From IMG/VR virus record IMGVR_UViG_3300034116_000357, positions 1 through 34,567 of that record: 34,567 nucleotides of DNA. One strand, 5' to 3'. A model generated the notes under the pieces. The model was not told where the DNA came from and did no database searches. It saw nothing but the letters and a program-made list of their open reading frames with translations. How positions within the stretch are numbered: position 1 is the first letter of the stretch; every line of letters starts with the position of its first letter. A program made the translations under genes and the position numbers. This document shows positions 26,442 through 33,334 of this stretch, piece after piece. The stretch comes from a virus (taxonomy: Duplodnaviria > Caudoviricetes).

Positions 26442-26963
26442 ATGAGATTCGGGTACGAAGGAATAAAAAGCGTTAAAAGTGGATCAGTGAGATTAGCGGA
26501 AAATAATAAAACGGTTAATAAAGTATATTTAGATTTAGTTGATGAGCTTGAAAACACTGCTAATTTTACGTTTTCTATAGATCAAGCCGAACACGTTGCT
26601 AATCAATTATTGCAGGCAGTTTTTGAGCTTACTGAGAGCAAGCCAGAAGATAGGAATCATCGACAAATGTGGAACGATATATTGTCTATAATACTACTTG
26701 GGGAGCCGTATATGTCAGAATTTCATCGATTTGTTGACCGTCTTGTCTTTAATAGATTTGAACCTTATAACGGAGATTTGCATTTAACATCAAACGCTAT
26801 AAATAAAAATGTTATTGGCAATGTAATCGAGTGTATGTTTGACGCTCTCAATGGTTACGATACTGGTTATCACCCAGTTATGAAAATAATAATACATGAC
26901 AACATTGATAAAAAAGAATATCACTTTAAATTTAATGGTGAGAAACAGGTATTTGATTTATGA
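26442..26963 (+). CDS. Hypothetical protein
   Basis: ATG 26442 after AGGGTG. Shares the ANQLLQxVFE segment with the upstream ORF. Confidence 0.6.
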   Translation: MRFGYEGIKSVKSGSVRLAENNKTVNKVYLDLVDELENTANFTFSIDQAEHVANQLLQAVFELTESKPEDRNHRQMWNDILSIILLGEPYMSEFHRFVDRLVFNRFEPYNGDLHLTSNAINKNVIGNVIECMFDALNGYDTGYHPVMKIIIHDNIDKKEYHFKFNGEKQVFDL

Positions 26964-27298
26964 CCGAGCAACAAATCCAACAGGAAATTAGGCTTGCAGT
27001 TGCATCACCTACCATAAGACTATTTAGAAACAACGTAGGCAAAATTAAAGACGTTACAGGGCGTTTAGTAACATTTGGTTTGTGCAATGGCAGTGCTGAC
27101 CTTATCGGCTTTAAATCGGTCACTATTACGCCAGAAATGGTAGGTCAAAATATTGCAGTTTTTGTTAGTCTTGAAGTAAAAACACCAAAAGGAAAAATAT
27201 CTGAACCGCAACAGGCGTGGTGTGATATGGTAGCCAGCCGCGGTGGAATTGCGGGAATTTGTCGAAGTGTTGAAGATGCAAAGGAACTTTTAAAATGA
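26960..27298 (+). CDS. VRR-NUC domain nuclease
   Basis: E..IQ..IR, FRNNVG, GSADLIG, LEVKTPKG..S..Q..W and GG.AG.CRSVEDA. Confidence 0.9.
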   Translation: MTEQQIQQEIRLAVASPTIRLFRNNVGKIKDVTGRLVTFGLCNGSADLIGFKSVTITPEMVGQNIAVFVSLEVKTPKGKISEPQQAWCDMVASRGGIAGICRSVEDAKELLK

Positions 27299-27663
27299 CA
27301 ATATCACGACTTAAAAAACTAGCCTATTCACAACAATTCCACGGAAAACCTACAATTGACGGCTGGAAAACATGCCATTTATATCTAGGCAGCAACTCGT
27401 GGCAAGCTAAAGAAGATATTTCAACAGATAGCGTTATTTTGCCTGCTGGTGACAATCCAGCGAATTATGATTGGTCTATTATGCGTGGAAATATTATCTT
27501 CGCGTCAGTGCTTGGTAATTGCGATTTAACCTATAGAAAGCGTGTGGCTTTGTACGCTTTGCGCGGTGGGGCTTATCAAATACGATTCAAAATAAAACAA
27601 GAAATAGAATTATGCGGTTATCCATTGGAGATATTTAATTATGACGAGCGTTACGATGCCTAA
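27295..27663 (+). CDS. Hypothetical protein upstream of the replicative helicase
   Basis: ATGA-coupled 122-aa alpha/beta ORF. Confidence 0.65.
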   Translation: MTISRLKKLAYSQQFHGKPTIDGWKTCHLYLGSNSWQAKEDISTDSVILPAGDNPANYDWSIMRGNIIFASVLGNCDLTYRKRVALYALRGGAYQIRFKIKQEIELCGYPLEIFNYDERYDA

Positions 27664-28948
27664 AAAAAATAAACACGATCTTGAAGAAGAATTTAAGGAG
27701 GAAATAGTCCAAGTTGATAGCCGACTAATTGATTCACCTGATTATCTTTTACAAAATTACATCATGCTTCACGGTACAAATTGCGTTTGGGATATATCAA
27801 CAGGAGCAATGCTTAAAGTTGAGCATCTTAAAATGTCATTTCCTATTTCTTATAAAATATGGCAATCGCAACCATCACGAAAAATTATTCCTGCAACTGA
27901 TCTTGTTTTTTCACCAAAAGGCGTTGGCAAAGATCAGATAAATATGTTTACAGGGATAAAAATGCGCCCAAGTTATGGGAACGGATATAAAGCATGGAAT
28001 ATGCACTTAATGGATATTTGTAATGATGACATGAAGTCTGTAAAATGGATAACATCGTGGTTTGCTTATCAATTGCAAAATCTAGGCTCTAAGATGCGCA
28101 CGTCACTTGTTATTTATGGAGACGAGGGAACAGGGAAGAATATTTTAGTAAACGCCATAAAAGAGATTTACGGGCAATATGGCGATGAAATAGGGCAATC
28201 GCAAATTGAATCACAATTTAATGCGTGGGCATCGTGTAAATTATTTCTTGTCGCTAACGAAGTTGTATCAAGGCGAGAACGCAGGCACATTAAAGGAAAG
28301 TTAAAACAGCTAATCACAGAGCCTTTTGTATATATTAACCAAAAATCAATGCCTGAACGTGTTGAGCCTAATTATGCAAACTTTGTATTTTTATCTAATG
28401 AAGATGTGCCAATTGATGCAAACGAAGGAGATCGCAGGTTTCAATTCATAGAAGTTAAATTAAAACCGCACATGACACACGATCATTTTACGCAATTAAA
28501 ATCAGATATTATTATTTCAGATTTATATGGTTATTTGCTCAGTTATGATTATGGTGATTTTAACGAGCATACAAAGCCGCTATTAAACGAAGCAAAACAA
28601 AAGGTGACAGATGCTAACCTTCCAAGTGAACAAGCGTTCATGCGCGATTGGCTGACAAATAAAACAATTTTTCCAATTGAAACAGTATCAGCAACGACAC
28701 TTTATTGGGCTTATAAATGTTGGGCAGCAGAAAACGGTGAGACTTATACTTGCACACAAACGACATTTGGTAGAGTTGTTGGTCGAATTGACCACATAGT
28801 GAAAGCGTTTGTTTCAATTAAATTTACATCGAGAAAAATAACAGTTTACTTTATGGATAAGAATGTTGTAACGTCAAGCATAGACGACACCACGACCAAA
28901 AAATTCGATGACATGGTTTTACAGCAAAAAATGAAATATAAGCTCTAA
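27641..28948 (+). CDS. SF3-type helicase (primase-helicase family C-terminal domain), no primase domain
   Basis: Walker A GDEGTGKN, SQFNAW, LVANE, FLSN and GDRRF motifs. Winged-helix-like C-terminus. Confidence 0.8.
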   Translation: MTSVTMPKKNKHDLEEEFKEEIVQVDSRLIDSPDYLLQNYIMLHGTNCVWDISTGAMLKVEHLKMSFPISYKIWQSQPSRKIIPATDLVFSPKGVGKDQINMFTGIKMRPSYGNGYKAWNMHLMDICNDDMKSVKWITSWFAYQLQNLGSKMRTSLVIYGDEGTGKNILVNAIKEIYGQYGDEIGQSQIESQFNAWASCKLFLVANEVVSRRERRHIKGKLKQLITEPFVYINQKSMPERVEPNYANFVFLSNEDVPIDANEGDRRFQFIEVKLKPHMTHDHFTQLKSDIIISDLYGYLLSYDYGDFNEHTKPLLNEAKQKVTDANLPSEQAFMRDWLTNKTIFPIETVSATTLYWAYKCWAAENGETYTCTQTTFGRVVGRIDHIVKAFVSIKFTSRKITVYFMDKNVVTSSIDDTTTKKFDDMVLQQKMKYKL

Positions 28949-29186
28949 TTTGTAACAGTTATGCCTGTTTTTGTAACAGTTAAAGCAAACCCCTACAAAA
29001 ATAACTTTATAAGATTCAACGTCTTGTAACAGTTGTAACAGTTGTAGGGGTTTTTTTATGTTTTTCACCTGAATTATAATAAAACTTGTTTTTTATAAAT
29101 AACTATTACAACTATTACAAGTCTATAATATATAAAGAAAAAACTACTACAAAAACTACTACAAAACTATTACAAACTGTTACAAC
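28949..29186. repeat. Iteron cluster, probable replication origin
   Basis: TGTAACAGTT at 28951, 28972, 29025 and 29034. Inverted-orientation variants at 29101, 29110, 29142, 29154, 29165 and 29175. AT-rich spacer, directly after the helicase gene. Confidence 0.7.
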
Positions 29187-29224
29187 AAAAAAGCGCACAA
29201 ATTGCGTTAATAATAAAATAATTA

Positions 29225-29252
29225 TTTACATATTGGCTAAAGAGATTATAAT
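29225..29252 (+). promoter_or_regulatory. Sigma70-type promoter upstream of the structured RNA region and packaging genes
   Basis: TTTACA-N16-TATAAT. Confidence 0.55.
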
Positions 29253-29260
29253 AAAAGCAC

Positions 29261-29354
29261 GTTTTAAATTTGCTTGAGCAGAAGTGTTAAATTTAAAACT
29301 CACCTTTTAGCCTCTTTTAACTTATCCTGCTCGGTTAGTTACTAGGGGTTTTTT
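29261..29354 (+). ncRNA. Kissing-hairpin pair, second hairpin terminator-like
   Basis: Apical loops GAGCAG (29276-81) and CTGCTC (29327-32) are exact complements. Confidence 0.5.
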
Positions 29355-29421
29355 AATTTTTACACTAACCAACCCAGAAATCACTTTTTAATATTGGCGA
29401 TTTATCAATGACTGGGTTGGT

Positions 29422-29483
29422 TGGTGACAAGCCTAGCCGTTAGGGTCGGGGTTCTTGTTGACAGCTTGGAAAGACAAGCACTA
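29422..29483 (+). ncRNA. c4-antisense-like structured RNA
   Basis: Three-stem arrangement ending in TGACA-GCTTG-GAAAGA-CAAGC. The family assignment is from memory and unverified. Confidence 0.45.
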
Positions 29484-29488
29484 TGAAG

Positions 29489-29574
29489 CATAGCAACTAA
29501 AGGCTGGTTAGCTACCAGTGAGGTCTAACGTTAAAATGTCATTGATTTGGGTTCAACTCCCAATAGTTGCTATG
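29489..29574 (+). ncRNA. tRNA-like element (not a canonical tRNA)
   Basis: 11-bp closing stem CATAGCAACTA/TAGTTGCTATG, T arm TTGGG-TTCAACT-CCCAA, D-like hairpin CTGGT-TAGCT-ACCAG. No clean anticodon arm and no CCA. Confidence 0.55.
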
Positions 29575-29576
29575 AC

Positions 29577-29682
29577 TTGATAGTTAATGTGCAGGCTGAT
29601 GCGCAGGAAGCTGGTGAGAAACTCCATTGCATCATAACTCACGGATTGCAATAAGCCGGAGATCAGCACCGGCAACTATCAA
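29577..29682 (+). ncRNA. Cloverleaf RNA with a loop-loop pseudoknot
   Basis: 9-bp closing stem TTGATAGTT/AACTATCAA. Hairpins GTGCA/TGCGC and GCCGG/CCGGC carry complementary GCTGAT and ATCAGC. Confidence 0.6.
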
Positions 29683-29692
29683 ATTTAAACAC

Positions 29693-29731
29693 GGCCACCA
29701 CTCATTGCAGTTTATGGCGTGGTGGTTTTTT
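29693..29731 (+). terminator. Terminator-like hairpin after the RNA modules
   Basis: GGCCACCAC / GTGGTGGTT stem followed by a T run. Confidence 0.5.
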
Positions 29732-29871
29732 AACCATGAAGAATTAAACCCTAACGCGTGTCCTCTCGCACGGGAAAAAGACGGGAGCAGTTTTACCGCA
29801 GCATTTCTGATAATTTTGCACTGCGGGGTTATGGTTTAATTACTTGATGGTTAAATTAAACAGGAACAAGA

Positions 29872-30096
29872 ATGAAAAATACACTGACAGATTTAAACAA
29901 TCATTTATTTGCTCAAATGGAAAGATTGAGCGAAGAATCATTAAGTGTTGAGCAACTTGCTTTTGAAGCAGAACGCTCAAAAAGTTTGACGATTATTGCG
30001 CGTACAATTGTGGATAATGCGCGTTTAGTCCTTGATGCACAAACACGCATTAATGACATTCCAGAACGCAAAGAACTTCCTGCTATTTTAAAATGA
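29872..30096 (+). CDS. Conserved hypothetical phage protein
   Basis: MKNTLTDLNNHLFAQ.ERL N-terminus, which I recall commonly preceding this HNH class. AGGA RBS. Confidence 0.75.
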   Translation: MKNTLTDLNNHLFAQMERLSEESLSVEQLAFEAERSKSLTIIARTIVDNARLVLDAQTRINDIPERKELPAILK

Positions 30097-30557
30097 ACAG
30101 TGGACGGTTTCAGAAAGGGTTTACGCCTTGGAATAAAGGCGTTAAAAAATCAACTGGTGAATCAAAAACTCGATTCAAAAAAGGAAATGAAACATGGAAC
30201 ACTCGACCATTAGGTGATGAGCATGTTGATAATGATGGGTATATTCGTGTTAAAGTGGCTGAAACAGGAACAAAAAAAGAACGCTGGCAATTAAAACATC
30301 GATTAATTTATGCTAAACATTATGGCGAAATAACAGGTGAAACTATTGTTAGGTTTTATGATAACGACAAACAAAACATGAATATCGAAAATCTTTATGC
30401 GGTAACAAAAGCTGAAAACGCTGTTTTAAACCGGTTAAAATTTGCTAATGAACCAATCGAATTAAAGCCAACTATACTCGCTATGGTTAGAATGTGCTTA
30501 AAAGCAAAGATTCCTTATAGGGTAAAAAATGGAAATTACACAACGCAAAACGGCTGA
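30093..30557 (+). CDS. HNH endonuclease-like protein
   Basis: GRFQKG.TPWNKG, DGYIRVK, W.LKHR.IY..HYG.I and N..IENL motifs. Confidence 0.8.
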   Translation: MNSGRFQKGFTPWNKGVKKSTGESKTRFKKGNETWNTRPLGDEHVDNDGYIRVKVAETGTKKERWQLKHRLIYAKHYGEITGETIVRFYDNDKQNMNIENLYAVTKAENAVLNRLKFANEPIELKPTILAMVRMCLKAKIPYRVKNGNYTTQNG

Positions 30558-31716
30558 TTTGATACCGTATGTGAACAACGCACGAACGCACAGCGAGCAG
30601 CAGGTTTTGCAAATCGCTGCAAGCATAAAAGAGTTTGGTTTTAATTCGCCTGTCTTGGTTGATGGTGAGAATGGCATTATTGCCGGTCATGGTCGCGTTA
30701 TGGCGGCTAAAAAGTTAAATCTTGATGAAGTACCAACCATTGAGCTTAAACACCTCACTAAGACGCAAAAGAAAGCATATATTCTTGCAGATAATCGTTT
30801 GGCGTTGAATAGTGGTTGGGATAATGATTTGTTGGCGTTAGAGCTGGGTGAATTATCCGATGACGGGTTTGATTTGGATTTGCTTGGGTTTGATGATACA
30901 GAATTATCATTGCTTGATGAAGTAGAGCAAACAGAAGGTTTAACAGACGAGGACGCTGTGCCTGATGTGCCAGACGATCCTATTACTAAACTTGGTGATG
31001 TTTGGCTACTTGGAAATCATCGGTTGATGTGTGGAGATAGTACAAGTATTGATGCGGTAAATAATCTGCTTTTAAACCAAAAGGCGCAAATGGTTCACAC
31101 TGACCCGCCATATGGTGTGACTTACCAATCGAATATGCGTACAAAGTCAGCTAAGTTTGAAGTTTTGCAAAATGATGATGTTTTTTTAGATATTGCACCA
31201 ACTATTGCAGCATGTTCGGATGGATGGGTTTTCGTATGGACAAGCTGGAAAGTTATTACAAAATGGATTGATGCTTTTAATGTTTTTGATTACCCAACTA
31301 ATCAGGTTATATGGTTTAAAGCGGGTGGTGGAATAGGTGATTTAAAAAAAACATTTAGCAGCGACTATGAAACTGCTTTAGTTTGGCATCGTGGAGCAGA
31401 ACTAACAGGAAAGAGAGTAGGAAGCGTGTGGAAGGTTGGTAAAGACGGCTCTAGCAAATATCTGCACCCTACGCAAAAACCAGTAGCGTTGGCAGAGGAA
31501 GCGATAGATAAAACAACTAAGGCAGGATGGATTGTTTTAGATTTATTTGGCGGAAGCGGGTCAACATTGATTGCTTGCGAAAAAACAGGACGCATTAACC
31601 GCAGCATGGAACTTGACCCAAAGTATTGCGATGTTATCGTAAAACGCTGGCAAGACTTCACAGGCAGGCAAGCCACATTAGAATCAACGGGTGAAACTTA
31701 TGGCTCTCACACCTAA
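30529..31716 (+). CDS. ParB-N domain plus N6-A/N4-C DNA methyltransferase
   Basis: PYVNNARTH, IIAGHGR and ADNRL (ParB-like). HRLMCGDS, TDPPY, HPTQKP and DLFGGSGST (methyltransferase). Confidence 0.92.
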   Translation: MEITQRKTADLIPYVNNARTHSEQQVLQIAASIKEFGFNSPVLVDGENGIIAGHGRVMAAKKLNLDEVPTIELKHLTKTQKKAYILADNRLALNSGWDNDLLALELGELSDDGFDLDLLGFDDTELSLLDEVEQTEGLTDEDAVPDVPDDPITKLGDVWLLGNHRLMCGDSTSIDAVNNLLLNQKAQMVHTDPPYGVTYQSNMRTKSAKFEVLQNDDVFLDIAPTIAACSDGWVFVWTSWKVITKWIDAFNVFDYPTNQVIWFKAGGGIGDLKKTFSSDYETALVWHRGAELTGKRVGSVWKVGKDGSSKYLHPTQKPVALAEEAIDKTTKAGWIVLDLFGGSGSTLIACEKTGRINRSMELDPKYCDVIVKRWQDFTGRQATLESTGETYGSHT

Positions 31717-32095
31717 ACAAGAACGCTTTGCACAACTCGTTGCAGAAGGCAAAACACAGGCTGACGCTTATCGTGGGGCTTACGATGTTGGCGAAAATAC
31801 TAAAGCGGCAACAGTTATTAAAAGAGCTGGCGAGCTAATGACAGACGGGGCTATAACGGGGCGTATTGAAGAACTACGCAAACCAATCATTGAAGCCGTT
31901 GGCATTACACTTGAATCGCATTTAAAAGACTTGATGACGTTGCGCAACCTTGCTGTAAAAAACAATCAAATCAATGCGGCAATTACGGCTGAAATTGCCA
32001 GAGGTAAAGCAGCAGGCGTATCAACAGATCGTGTTGAAGCAACTATAAAAACAGGATACACATTTGTGGTTGAGCGGGCAGCGCGTGAAGATTAG
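31700..32095 (+). CDS. terS: Terminase small subunit
   Basis: LTPKQERFAQ...QADAYR.AY motif, immediately upstream of terL. Confidence 0.85.
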   Translation: MALTPKQERFAQLVAEGKTQADAYRGAYDVGENTKAATVIKRAGELMTDGAITGRIEELRKPIIEAVGITLESHLKDLMTLRNLAVKNNQINAAITAEIARGKAAGVSTDRVEATIKTGYTFVVERAARED

Positions 32096-33332
32096 GCTTA
32101 AGTTAACTAAACCCCAAGAAGATTTTATCTTCAGTGAAGCAATCCACCCTGCAATGGTGGCGGGATATGGCGCGGGGAAATCACAAGCCGCTGTCATTCG
32201 ATTAGCCTTGCTTGCACTTAAATACGATGGCTTATCGTTTGGGTTTGTTGAGCCTACTTATGACCTTATCAGGTTAATTGCTTTCCCACGATTTCAAGAA
32301 ATACTTGATGAATGGGGTGTGAAATATAATCTTAATAAAGCTGATGCAATTATCAAACTCGAAAACAATTCGCAGATCATTTTCAGATCAGCAGACAACC
32401 CAGAGCGTTTAGTTGGTTTTCAATTAGCCGATGCAGTTATCGATGAAGCCGATACGTTGCGTGTTGACCAAGCCAAACTGGTTTGGACTAAAATGCTTGG
32501 ACGGATTAGAGAACGAAAACCAGACAACTCGCCTAACACGCTTGCAGCAGTATCAACACCTGAAGGCTTTGCTTTTATGTACGAAATGTGGGGAAAAGAA
32601 CAGCGCGAAGGCTACGAGTTAATCAAAGCACCTACTTCAAGCAATCCCTATTTGCCCGATGGCTACATTAAGCAACTTGAAGCAACCTATTCAAGCGCAC
32701 AATTATCCGCATATCTTGATGGCAATTTTGTAAACCTTAACGCTGGGAGCGTCTACCATGAGTTTGACAGAAATCTTAATTCATCCATTGAAGTTATTAA
32801 TTCAGACGATGTTTTGCATGTTGGGTTGGATTTTAACGTTTCCAATATGTCTGCTGTTATTCATGTATTGCGCGGTGACAGCGTTCATGTTGTTAATGAG
32901 CTCACTGGCGTGTTCGATACGCCAACAATGGCGCGGTTACTAAAAGAACGCTACCCAACGCACAGGATTTTAATTTATCCTGATGCAAGCGGTAACGCTC
33001 GAAAATCAAACAACGCAAGCGAATCAGATCACAGCATTTTGCGCTCGTACGGGTTGCAAGTGTTGGTTAATTCACGCAACCCATTCATTAAAGATCGCGT
33101 GTTATCGGTTAACGCTATGATTCACAATTTAGGCGCAAGACGTTATTTTGTTAATGCGCAGTATTGTCCAATGCTGGTTGAATCACTTGAAAAGCAATGC
33201 TATGCAAAAACGGGTGAGCCTGACAAAGCTGGTGGATTTGATCACGTTGTTGATGCAACAGGTTATTTTATTGCGTATAGATACCCGCTAGTGAATAATA
33301 GACCAACATTTGCAGCAATTACAGGAATATAA
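32085..33332 (+). CDS. terL: Terminase large subunit
   Basis: Walker A AGYGAGKS, Walker B VIDEAD, STPEG, GLDFN and DH.VDA.GY nuclease motifs. GTG start likely at 32085. Confidence 0.93.
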   Translation: MKIRLKLTKPQEDFIFSEAIHPAMVAGYGAGKSQAAVIRLALLALKYDGLSFGFVEPTYDLIRLIAFPRFQEILDEWGVKYNLNKADAIIKLENNSQIIFRSADNPERLVGFQLADAVIDEADTLRVDQAKLVWTKMLGRIRERKPDNSPNTLAAVSTPEGFAFMYEMWGKEQREGYELIKAPTSSNPYLPDGYIKQLEATYSSAQLSAYLDGNFVNLNAGSVYHEFDRNLNSSIEVINSDDVLHVGLDFNVSNMSAVIHVLRGDSVHVVNELTGVFDTPTMARLLKERYPTHRILIYPDASGNARKSNNASESDHSILRSYGLQVLVNSRNPFIKDRVLSVNAMIHNLGARRYFVNAQYCPMLVESLEKQCYAKTGEPDKAGGFDHVVDATGYFIAYRYPLVNNRPTFAAITGI

Positions 33333-33334
33333 AA

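Noticed and set aside
28949-29186. CRISPR-like array
   Set aside because: The repeats are 10 bp, irregularly spaced and in both orientations, with no unique spacers.
29086-29277. 63-aa ORF with KTTTK repeats
   Set aside because: It is a translation of the iteron repeats, with a TTG start and no RBS.
29489-29574. Canonical tRNA gene
   Set aside because: No U8, no 5-bp/7-nt anticodon arm and no CCA. Kept only as tRNA-like.
29756-29831. HDV-like (theta) or pistol ribozyme
   Set aside because: CGTG-TCCTCTCG-CACG resembles parts of both. I could not build the HDV P1/P2 nesting or the pistol P2 and conserved junctions.
29627-29839. 70-aa ORF in the structured region
   Set aside because: TTG start, no RBS and atypical composition. 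It crosses a terminator-like hairpin and several RNA stems.
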